Shown piece after piece: positions 1-15,200 of a DNA stretch of 32,105 nt. The stretch lies in NCBI GenBank assembly GCA_003614675.1, contig ML002428.1:1-32105 (forward strand). The letters are read 5' to 3'. Numbering within the stretch: position 1 is the stretch's first letter; the number at the start of each line of letters is the position of its first letter. Position numbers and translations under genes: made by a program. The notes under the pieces were generated by a model. That model worked only from the letters and a program-made list of their open reading frames with translations. It searched no databases and was not told the origin of the DNA. This stretch comes from Dimargaris cristalligena. Its lineage: Eukaryota.

Positions 1-2746
1 ATAAGTGCAAAAAATAGATAAAAAATAAAAGTAGGTAAAAAATGTGGTAAGTTCACTATACTAAGAAGTTGTATGGTGTGATTCCAAGAAGGAATCCACT
101 GGTGGCTGGTTATTCCCAAGCCCCACTCATAAAGGATTGTCAATAGTATAAAAGTAGTGATATGAGGTGGTCAATTGTCATAGTATTAAAATTACTATTG
201 ATTTTGACAACCTATAACTTTGTCAATAATAGACGGAAAAGCAAATGGAAATATGATTTGGAAAGCTGAATAAAAAGAGAATCAGCTAACATAAAGAAAT
301 AAAATAAAACTCTCAGCCCTGGAATGTTCCCATGGAAATAACTCATCAATCATCCAGGGACCTTGAATCCATCCAAAGTATGACTACTTCTTGGATTGGT
401 AATGTGTTCCGGTGCTTATGCGGCCTCTGCCCAACTGCCCATGGCAGCACAATATACACACATAATGGGGGAATATCTAGGCTAGTTGGATAGTATTAAT
501 ATTGCCAAACTCTGAATACATGCTCAAATTTAAAAAGGCCTTAATTCACAGGATACATCCATATGGGCAGAGAGTTGCCCATCTAATTCTATGAAGGTGC
601 CTTTTGTCCACTCCTCCACAGATGGGAGTCCCAATAGCTGCCATGTTGTTGCCTATTTATTTCTGCACAACAGGCACCAAGAAGGAGTTCAGGTGCTTTT
701 TTATTAGCGGGGATCTTCCAAGTTGATAGGATTTACCAGATATCAAAGAAAACAATGATGCAAGGGTGGGCAACTTTATTGACAGTCATATACAATCTGG
801 GCATGCTTGTATAGGCAGCCATAATATGGCCACTAGCCATTTTTTTAAAGTCTCCCTCCCCCTCTCTCGAGTGCCACTCAGTAAACTTAGTCGTATTTCC
901 AACTCTTGCTTCATTATATGACTATCCTTATACACTGCCCGTGAAAATTAAGAGGGCCTACAGCTTTATCACGTAGAGATCTATTTAAAAAGGTGAATCC
1001 TGCCGCATTAGCTGGGTATTTGGCCCTATTTGGCCCTATTCGCGTATTTACCTCTTCTATCCAGCATATCTATGACACTCTGTCCGCAACGTGTGCAACA
1101 TTGCTGGTTTGATTATTGCATTCGAAGCAGCAGCAGGATATGCAAGTCATAGAAATACAGGGAGAGGTAATCATATCGAGATACAAAGGCCTTTTTGGTT
1201 TCATGGGGAGCTGGTGGTGGATGGCGTGAAATGATTCTAAGTGTCGGTAAAGATACTATTAGAATAGTGAATGGTATGAGTGTTTTATTAGGAAGAGGAA
1301 CTGATAGTAAGAACTTTAATGATAGCGATGTGAGCGCTAATAAACTAAAGGATCAGGGTGCGACACCCATACACTTTTTATATGACCTATAACTAACATC
1401 TAAAGGCATCGAAGGGGCCGGGAGGAACTTCATCAAACTCCCAAGAACAATGTATGCATGAGCCAGTCATCAACCGGCTATAGTGATAAGGGGGGATTAT
1501 TAGTAAGGAGTCCCTGGTCGCGTCAAGGGTGACTGTAAGACGTTCTGGTTATCTGGCATATGGCCGGGGCTATAGTTTCAGCTGTGCCGGGAGAATATAA
1601 TAGAGCTGGGTCGTCTTGACGACTGGAGTTAAGCCCTGCCATGACGGTGGATGCAACACTACCACAAATATACTGCAACTGGTGAATACTGTACAGAGTT
1701 TCCAAGAAAGAGACTAAATAGTGCCCTTCAGATGCCAGTTGCCAGCAATAGTGAATGTGCGGACATGAATCAGCATACCAGGTCTGACAGGCAAACCCAA
1801 GTTAAAAATGTGTTAGTCTGGAGCGTGTTGACCTTCTGCATAGATACACCTGTCAACCTCGCATGTATTCATGAATAAAGGCAGAAAGAGCAGGCAGGAT
1901 TGCAATAACTGCGTATTGGCCGGCTTTGCAAGGCTTTATGCAAATGCCGTAGGTGATTGTGCAGTACCATTGGTAGATTCCGCTTGTTCTCTAACATTCC
2001 ACCCTGGAGATATGGGTATTTTGTATATATAACTATGAACTGTCAGCTACTTCCAGGCCCAGTACTCGGGATTTAGCTGGAGGTTAGAGGTGATCCACGG
2101 GATTGACGAATCTAGCTGCTATTATAAGAGTGATAGTGGTATGGGGTGCACCAATAACATGAAGATAATGATTCTGGGTAAGGCATTATATGGTCACCTG
2201 GTGACCAGTACATACCGAAGTGGCTGCTTGGGACTGGGTGGCAGGGTGTGTCTTTGTGGTGTATTTTACACATTTGGACTTAGTAATCACCATGTCAATG
2301 AGAGTGGATGCAGGTACAGTGGCAGCAATGGCCTGGGGCACAGTGGTGGCACAAGGGCTAAGTTTTGGAACGAGGGACTGGTTAGCCATGGTCTGGTCAA
2401 GATTGATAGGAGCAACTAACAGGGTTAGGAAGGCGGGGTGGGTTTGAGTGGTAAAATTCACAAATCTGGTTTTAATGCATTTGTTGGGTTTTTATCAGAT
2501 GCTAATGCAAGCAAGTTGTTAAGCAGGTACCAGGTTTATTTTCAGCCATACTGTTTGAAAGAGGATGATAACAAACATATGCATGCAGCCTATAGACAAA
2601 CATTTGCCAGTTTAGACCATACTTATGTAGTACCATCCAGAGGTCGGCACTTATCCCCAGACTATGGACAGCCAGCCCTCATTGTCAGAGGGTGGAATAT
2701 GCCGTGACATGCAATAGTGGGATCACTCCCACCATTTACCCACAAA

Positions 2747-2764
2747 TATATATATATATATATA
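2747..2764. repeat. (TA)9 microsatellite
   Basis: Direct reading; shorter TA runs also occur near 30008-30020 and 31739-31752. Confidence 0.9.
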
Positions 2765-3447
2765 CTGCCTACACTGTGGCATACACAAAAAGCTAACAAA
2801 AGATTATTCATTTCTTCATACTCATGGTTTGCATTAAAAAGCCCGCTGTTTTTTCCTTGCATCTAAAAGTCTGACTTATTTTTTGGTGGATTCACTGTCA
2901 TTCCATCTTGTTCCATTTCTTGACCTTTTCTCTACATCCTTTTTCTTGCACCTAGCGGCCCCTAAGGCCCACAGGGTGGCTACATAAGTAACCAGCAAAT
3001 TCCCACTTGTTTGGATAATCAATCATCACTCATTATATTTGAAGCTCAAATTCCACTGTCCCTTGAACTCAGTCCCAATTTTTTTATTAATTATTTCTTA
3101 TCATTTAACATCACCATTTTATTAAAGAATATATTCCTATGTATTCTTTATTCTATCCTATTTTTACCCAATTACGTTAGTTTATTCTATTATCATGAGA
3201 TCATTCATGTTGGCCACTTATATTTCACCCCACAGAAATTACAGTTCAATAAAACTAACCACCTAGAGGTACCTATCATCCTCTAGCTGCTTTCTTCCCT
3301 TACTTCCAGTTTTATTTCCTTTAAGTCCTTAGTATTCCAACACATTTTTTATATTTATTTTCAATAAAACTTTTGCATCATTCATTATATCCTCCTCCCA
3401 TCCTCCATCCAATCCACTGACCACCCACCCCCTCCAAAAACCCACCA

Positions 3448-4014
3448 TGTCAATATCCAATTCTGCCCTGGTCTCATCCCACTCTGTGAACCTCCCATCT
3501 TCTATCACTAGGGAGCTGGCCGCCATGACTTCAGGCCATGCTGATAAGGAGGACACTGCCTCCTTGCAAATCCTGAAGGCTCCTAACAATAGGCTGGACA
3601 TCCCAGGTATTACACTTCCAGTTATCATTAGAGTCTTCCAGGTCCTCACAGCCATCTGGTCAGCTTATTCATCATATCATTAGTCTAGTAGTATCCCCTC
3701 TTAGGGCCTCCCTCTGGAGCTGCCCCCCCTGTGTATATATAACTGGGCCCTGCTGGGACCAGTTTGATTCCTCAGCTTATTCTTATCCCCTTATTTACCT
3801 CAATAAACTTTATATATACTCACCCCCTTGTACTGACCAGTAAGTGTGCTACTGCATGTCCCTTGCATACCTGATTGCCTAAATGCCTTTATTGGTTAGT
3901 ACTGTGCCCATACCTGATACTAGTAGCCCACTTAGCTGAGCCTAAGCCCTGCCTACTGTTAGAAGCCTATCCTTGGGACTCTTGATGGACTAAGAGTGGT
4001 TAACCCAAGTGACA
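3448..4014 (+). mobile_element. LTR family 1, copy A (LTR relic; 5' boundary tentative)
   Basis: About 3612-4014 aligns with copies B, C and D (TATATATAA 3734-3742, AATAAA 3802-3807, end ...TAACCCAAGTGACA). A TGTCAA at 3448 gives a family-like length of 567 bp, but the first ~165 bp differ and the flanks (CACCA / GGCCT) are not a TSD. Confidence 0.75.
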
Positions 4015-4837
4015 GGCCTTTCTTCAATAAATTCAACCATACTCATTGATCAAATACATGAAATGTATTATAATGGTATTCATTACATTTGGATTAGAAT
4101 CAGACTAGTGGGCAGAGCAGTGTTCTAAGTATTGTACTATTGCAAATAAAAGGGAGGAGGTAGGTATGTTAAATAGGCCTATTACTTTATGTGACTATTT
4201 AGAAAAGAGGAGTAAATAATTTTGGGCTTGTTTGGGTGAGTAATGAGAAGGTTGAGGATTAGTAAATGGTACTAACAAAGGGAGAAACTATACCTGAACT
4301 AGGGATAAGAGATGGACTCGGATTGTTGGAGCGAGGGTATACAGTGATGTAATTATATTTAAACGGGTCATGTGGGTTGCTAACAGCCCAGCCAGTAAAT
4401 TAAAACCGGGGCTGTTTAGTTACCTGAGGACATGTTTAATATGCTTTGGTGTTAAAAGTATCGCAAACAACGACAAGTGAGCAGGTCTTCCATTATATTG
4501 TTGGGCTGGTCTTGTTCCGTGTGTAGTCGTAGGATATATTATGGACTTGTATAACACTCTTGGCCCACATACAGGATGATGAGTCTTATCTTTCAGTCGA
4601 CTACTGGAGGCTATTAACCAAACTATTCTCAATCACGTGTTTATGCTCAACCATCTCCACTCTCCTCACTCATTTCGCTCTAAATTCTGTAGTGCCCTAA
4701 ATATATATTCCTCGTAGTTAAAAGGGTAAGGTTCATTTCAATTGACGCTCAGGGGGTAGGGACTTAGCCTAACCTTGACAAAATAAGTGCAACAATCAGA
4801 CACACTCGCTCTCTTCATTGTACATGCCTTGCTTTAG

Positions 4838-8381
<3,544 letters not shown>

Positions 8382-9791
8382 GCCTCCCCTCCATTCCGAT
8401 TTTCTAAATATATGGAAGTTCAATCCCAATCGTTATTAAGAGAATGTCAATTGTCGATTTATTCATTTAATTTGAAGTGAAGTTGCCTTATATCCTTCGA
8501 GGATGAGGTATCGCGACTGGTTCTTTACCATACCATTACCCATAGTTTGAGCTGTCAGTAAGCAAAATTTTCAGATCGGCTTTCCATAGCTCGGGTAGTT
8601 GATGAAAGACAGTCATATTAAGCCAAAGCGAGTCGGGGGCGTTTAGGTCAATTTGAAGTAATATTGTAGTAATTCGAACCAGTAATATAATAAATAAATA
8701 TAGTTGCTATATTGAGCTGTACCAGCCACAGTAAACTGTCTACCACCGTCCGAAATATGATATCAACCAATTTATATTCTTGCCGGGTTGAATTAGGCCC
8801 GTAAATTTATTATTAACATCTCTAATTTATCGGATGGAATGTGTAACTTTGATAAACAATTCCGTTGCATGTATTTAGGGCAAAAAGGCGGGCTAATTAT
8901 GTTTAACTAGTAAACACCTTCCCCCACAAAGGTATATTCCGTTATATGGTTAAGCTGAACTTCTGCCTTATGGTAAGAGTACCAACTATTAGAGGGGGTA
9001 TGGTTTGGTAAGATGAATTAGGTAACCTGGGAGTAATACTCTAATGTCAGGTATGTTGAAGTTCTGGAGATCCTTTATAAACTACAATCCCCCAAATCAA
9101 TTCCAAATTTGGCTATTAAAATGTAAAGACTACCAAAATAAAAGCTCATAAGTAATATCTAAATTAACTTTTTATTATTATATTGCCTCCCCAAGAACCA
9201 TCAACTTCAGCAGCACCTATTCCCAGGCCCAGGCCACTAGAAGGTCCTGAAGACTGGTCCTACAATTCCCCCAATGGTCCTGCAGGAATCCCCAACCCCT
9301 AAGTACTGAATGTTCCTATGAATTCCCCAGCAGCTAAGCCACTGTGTTTACTGAAACAAGCCTGTTCAGGACTTAATTAAAACCAGAAATACCACTGATG
9401 TCCCCAATGTTCCCAGCCAGTAACATCAAGTGACCCAGGACCACCAGTGGCTATTATAACAATGGTATCAAGACTAGCTACTGCTTTCCATCACCCCTGA
9501 ATACCCTGGCCCCTTTGATTTATTCCTAATATATAAATAAGGGGTAATCACCCATTATTAATAATGCAGACTTTGACACCCTGTTTCTTACCTTTGAGAT
9601 AACTAATTCTTTTACCAATTTTTATTAGATATTTAAACTTTTATTCTAAGTGTTCCCTCACCATTATACAACATTTCTAATTATGGCCATATATACCAGT
9701 TTATACCATATCCCATTAGATCTGTGAAGTTAAGTTGGTATTAGCTAATTTAGTACTAAGATGGATGATTACTTGGGAATAGTTGGTACTA

Positions 9792-10727
9792 TGTCACCCA
9801 GGTTAACTACTCTTAGTCTATCAAAAGTCCCAAGGATAGGCTTCTATTAGTAGGTGGGGCTTAGGCTTGGCCAAGTGGGCTACTAGTGTTAAGTAGTGAA
9901 TTTTTATGAGCAGACTATAACTATAGTGGGTTTAAGTAATATAGATTTATTGTATGAAATGAAGTGAATAAGTGATAATGAAGTTACTGGTAATTGAGTA
10001 ATTAATAAGTGAGTGGGGTTGATAGTTGTCTAGGGAGCTCTGTCTTGGCAGAATACTTCTTCCTTTTTATATTGGTGAAAATACATGGGCTAAGTAAGGA
10101 TGTTGTGGCTATAGTAATATCAGGTTCTCCTCTAAGGGGAGTTGTTCCCAGATGGATGGGGTTCCACCCTGACTGTATGCACATCACCTTGTTCTCCTTG
10201 GTCTATTGCTAGTACCACAGTCAGTTTGGCATTAACACTAGTATTGGGATAGGGGTGTAGTACTAACCAATAAAGGACAGATACAGGTAAATGCCAGGGA
10301 TGTGCAGTGGGCACACTTACTAGTTAGCACAAGGGGGGTATAAGCATATAGAGTTTATTGAGGTAAACTGCGGGATATGAATAAGCTGCCCTTTGAACCA
10401 GTCCCAGGAGGGCCTGGTTATATATACATAGGGATGGCTCCAGAGGGAGGTCCCAAGGGAAATATGACTAAGACTAAGGTACAGAAGTAAAGAATTTAAC
10501 TGGATGACTTTGCATCAGGAAGACTCTTATGGGAACTGGAAGAGTCTTAGATCAGCAAGTTGAGTGTTTGGGGTGCAAAGTGTTGGGGTTGAATGGGCAG
10601 GGTTATATAATAAAAGGTGACCCCATAGTACCGGGGGTGACTATGGGAGGGTTAATATGGCACTATAAGGCCTAATAAGGACAGGTGATCATTAGGTCCA
10701 GATTAAGTTGGATTAGGAGGGCCAATA
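9792..10727 (-). mobile_element. LTR family 1, copy B: solo LTR with TSD TACTA, interrupted by a nested insertion
   Basis: Reverse complement of copy C over its full length (581 bp once the insert and one TSD copy are removed). TACTA lies at 9787-9791 and 10728-10732. Confidence 0.92.
9887..10237 (-). mobile_element. Nested solo LTR of a second family (351 bp, TGTTAA...TTAACA, TSD CTAG)
   Basis: Absent from copies A, C and D at the homologous site. Flanked by CTAG at 9883-9886 and 10238-10241, with 6-bp inverted TG..CA termini. On the minus strand TATAAAAA (10071-10064) precedes AATAAA (9951-9946). Confidence 0.85.
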
Positions 10728-11099
10728 TACTATAACTTCATTATTTTTGTTTCTCTGTTTTTATCATTAACCTTCACAATTTTTAATTATCACCTTAGTG
10801 TAATATTAGATGCCTGTGCTTTAGTTTTAGAGCTACATGGTGGTTAGTGCAATAGCCACCATCTGGAACCTACTATTTTGGTTTTCTTTTATATACCAGA
10901 TTTGTGGATAATTTGGGTAATATTAGTTAAGTTCTACCACAAGGTATAAGTTACTGAGTTGGATTCTGTATAGTTATAATATATTTGGGGGGTACTGTGT
11001 TTTTATTTATTTATTTTCCACCCATATGACTGCCTATTTAAGAGTATGGTACTGAAATCTGTTAGTGGGTTTGATTTTTACTGGGACAAAATCTAGCCA

Positions 11100-11683
11100 T
11101 GTTGACCCTTCTAATCTGACTTAATCTGGACATAATGCTGTCCATCTCCAATAGGCCTTATAGCACCATATTAACCTTCTTATGGTCACCCCCAGTACTA
11201 TGGGATTACCCTGTATCACGTAACCATTCCCCTTCCAGACTCTGTAGTTCACACTAATCACACCTATGCTGATCTAATGACTCTTCCAGTTCCCAATAGA
11301 GTCTTCCAAGTCCTCACAGCTATCCAGTTAGCTTATTTGTCCTACCTTAGCCTTAGTAGTATCCTCCTTGACAGACCTCCCTCTGAAGCTACCCTGGTAT
11401 ATATATAACTGGCCCCCACTGGGACCAGTTCAATTCCTCAGCTTATTCTTATGCCCCTAATTTACCCCTAATAAACTCTATATACACTTGCCCCCTTGTA
11501 TTGATTAGTAAGTGTGCTTATTACACATCCCTTATATATACCTGTATTCTAGTAGCTTTTATTAGTTAGTACTGTGCCCCTATTCTAATGCTAAAACCTG
11601 CTTGGCCAAGTCTAAGTCCTGTCTACCATAGAAGCCTATCCTCAGGACTCTTGATGGACTAAGATTAGTTAACCTGGGCAACA
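11100..11683 (+). mobile_element. LTR family 1, copy C: solo LTR (584 bp) with TSD AGCCA
   Basis: TGTTG...CAACA termini; AGCCA at 11095-11099 and 11684-11688; TATA run ~11398-11408 followed by AATAAA 11470-11475. Confidence 0.93.
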
Positions 11684-12242
11684 AGCCATACCTAGACCTA
11701 ACAATAAACCTATGTGGTTATTCCAACAATAGCCATATAAACAATGTAGGAAGTTTGACCCCACTGAGTAAGATCTTAGACATAATAGAAATGCAAATGA
11801 TAGAGGTGATATCAATTACCAATGAAACTCCACCCCACAGGCATAATTTTTATTTCACAATTGGGGGTAAACTTATCCTAAATGGTTTACTATTGAAATT
11901 TTGGAAGTGAGAAAAGATGATGACTTGTCAATTATCGCAAAAAAGTTGGTATTATAAGGGGCGAATATGGAAAAAATGAAGCTGTTTTGCGGTTGAGAAA
12001 TGCAGTTTGTTTTAATAGAATGGTGGAATATGAAGTTACATGTGATGGTGATAAATCGAGTACATAGTGGTGTAAAATATCAAATAAAAAAGTGATTTGG
12101 TGTGTATATATGTAGATGTATAGATAGATTTGCGTATGATTAGAATAAAACTAGTGGGGTGTAAATACAAAAGCATAGTGAATACTCATGGCCCATACTT
12201 AGGGTATATATAAATATGAAGAATAATAGTTGCATTGCGATA

Positions 12243-15200
12243 TTACAGAAATAAATTGACGACCGTTTCGGTCATTTTAAAGGATAAGAGCACCACCAAA
12301 GCGCTACGGAAGAGAAACAGGCCTATGGAGATCCACGCGGAGGGTGAGGAGGTGTCCATTGTCATGGGGATGGACCATGCCGAATGGTAAGCGTAGTGGT
12401 GGTGGTGGGCCTGCGTTCCCCCTCGTTCACCCGCCGTGGCCAGTATCAAAGGAGGTAACGGCGGTGTAGGGGGCGGCGAGGTGAGCCAGCTATGGCGCCT
12501 GTTAGGCTTTGCAAAGTTTGGGTCGTTGGCCCACGGAAGTGGAGTAGACGAGTGGTTGGTATTCGCATCCGGTAACTCCTGGGAGGAAGCAGCAGGGAAA
12601 GTCGCCGACGATGGACAGAGCGGTGCGCTACATGTGGACGCCTGTAGCCGGAGTGAATCAGGCAATTCAACCTCCATAGGTTGGGCCGAGGCATCATCAG
12701 CATCGGCCCGTAAATCGGCGGACTGGAGGGGTGAGGTCGAAAGCGGTTCTGCACCAAACCCGGACCGGGTGAAGGTGAAAGGGTGTACTTCTTTGGCTGG
12801 GGTGATGGTGGTGATGGCATCTGATAAATTAACCTCCATAGACATGGTCGGGATGGACGATTCCGATGTCGAGGGGGCGGTGTCTCTTCCGGTTTCGACA
12901 ATCGGTATCCAATGTTGAATTTGCCACGCTTTCCAATCGGTCGCCCAGGTGGTCGCATTTTGACCAGGACCTTGGAAACGGCCGTACCACGTCAGGGGTA
13001 GTGGGACCGTGGGATGCGGTTTATTTGAATAGGGGTCCGAATTTCGATTAGTTCGGTCTGCCTTTGTTGGTTTCGCGCTAACCTGGGAGGCCTTGCTAAG
13101 CGGGTTTGGCTGTTTAAAACCGAGATACGGTTCCCCCCCGAGGTCGAAGCCGAGTTCACTTCTGGTACCGACCGTTTCCCGTCGATTGTGGCCATAGTGG
13201 TAGAGAGGATCGTTCATTTTCTGGGCCACTGCCTCAGTCATTGTGGCTGCCGACGACCCCCCGCCGGGGAAATCAAACAATGGCCGTCGATTGCGTCGCC
13301 ACCACCACCATTGATTGTGGGCGAACATGGTCCATATACTGTACTGTTCACTAGGTGCTGATCCAGACGAAATTGCAATGACGGTCCACAAAAGATTGAA
13401 CACAAACGAGGCTACGGGCCGTAAAATTTCCTCAGATTGAGTAGCCAGCCAACCGTCCGTCGCATAAGCGGACCGAACATATTCAGGGTTTAACGCCTCG
13501 CCACTTTCGGGGTCAGTGTTGTGGGGAAAAGGGACACCCAATGTCAGATGGAGAGCCGTGTCAGTAATATTGGACCACGAAATATGCGACGGACCCAGGC
13601 TATCCGGTCCGCCATCGAGGGAAATGGGCTTGGCATGGTGATCTTCCAAGAACCGATTCCACCATAGCCACCAGAACAACCAGACCGATTTGGGATCCCC
13701 CCAATTGAACTTAGGGTCCTTCAGCAGTTCCGTCCAATCAACATCGTCGGGGTCTTTTTCATGGATAGCGTGGTTGGTATCTCGAGGGCTGATTTCAACA
13801 CTATCCCCAGGTTCGGCCTTGGAAGTATAAATAGCGCTAGTCTCCGCCTCGCCCGAACCCGATGCGGTCGAAATACCCGATTGTTTCCGAGCCCCCGAGG
13901 CTGGTTTGGCGAGAGTGGCCAATTCCTGGATCTCGTGATGCAAACTACGATCCACGGTACGAAGATATACAGCCTGGTAGTAAGCTAAGTAATAGTAGTA
14001 TAGGTACTGGCGTTCCACTAGTGGGCAGAGCGGCGGAAGGGACTGTGGACCGCCTCGGCCTTGTTCAGAGTGCTTGGCATAGTCGCCACGGACTCCGGAG
14101 GTGCTTCCAACGCTATCATCGTCCTCGTCAAGATCACTCATATGGTCATTATCAGATCCCCCAAACTCAATCTGATAAAATAAGAGTGGGGCGGGGGGAG
14201 GGGGTGTAGGCGGCAGTGAACGTAATTGCATCTGCGCGGATTGCAAAAGACGACGCTGGGCGGCCACCCGGAGGGCCTCGTGCTTATCACGATCCGCCTG
14301 ATCGTTGTCCATATCGCCGGTAGATTGGGAAGAAAGGGGGATATCTTCTACGGTGAGGTCGGGGCTGTCAATGTTTTCAGCAAGGGGGGCGGGGTATCCA
14401 AACCAATGGCCCAAGTAACCAAGTCCGTGACGCACTGCGTGGTAAGGTATGGCAGCGATACCCGGCCAAGCTGGTGAGGGTGCGGGCTCAGTAGAGGTGT
14501 CGGTTGATAAACCGGCTATAACGGACGGTGCACTACTTGAATCATAGCTGACTTTACTATTTAATGTAGTAGACAGTGGGAGAGTACAGGTAGGATTAGG
14601 CGCCATTCGCGGTGGATATGCCCAAAGATGGATGGCTTCCCACCAGCGGCGGATAGTGGAAATCGATTGACCACAAAACGAGCCAACCCGTTCAATTCCG
14701 TGGCTAACCGCCCGCTGACACGGGTCGTAGATGCGCTTGGTGCGTTTTTGCAAGGACCAAGCCATAATCCGGGCCTGATCTACCAATGGCCAAGTCTTCC
14801 GGGGGCCAATTGCTGTGGAGCGGGGACAGAATACCCGGTACGCTACAGCCCACTCTCGATAACCGACCAAGTCAACTGGACACTGGTCCATTTGGGGAGA
14901 ATCCCGGCACACTCGGGTTGAGCCATAGGGTGGGATAAAAATACCGTTCCAAACTGGCCACGTAATGCCCTCCAAAACCCCACGCCGGGGGACCGGTGAT
15001 TTCGATGGGGCTAACCACTGCCATAGGGATCTGCTTATATGCCAAGGTTTATCCATTAGGCCACGTAAGCGGCCGGGCGCGGCCGGTGTTGGGGGTGTTA
15101 GGCGGGCCCGGTGCCGTCGAATCTGTTGGTGGGTTTCGGACCACTGGGTTTGTTTCCAGTGCCACCATATCGACCAGGCCGCGGCATAGTCATAGTCGGG

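Larger units (their letters stand above)
8942..11935. other. CpG-depleted repeat island
   Basis: By eye only three CpGs in ~3 kb (10371, 10632, 11219), against abundant CpG in both flanking genes. It contains LTR copies B and C and the nested LTR. Confidence 0.85.

Noticed and set aside
670-705. KAPELLLGA on the minus strand, resembling the CDK motif RAPELLLGA
   Set aside because: No other kinase subdomain flanks it in any frame I read.
9792-11683. A single DNA transposon with ~580-bp TIRs
   Set aside because: Each arm has its own TSD (TACTA; AGCCA) and TG..CA-type ends, so they are independent solo LTRs.
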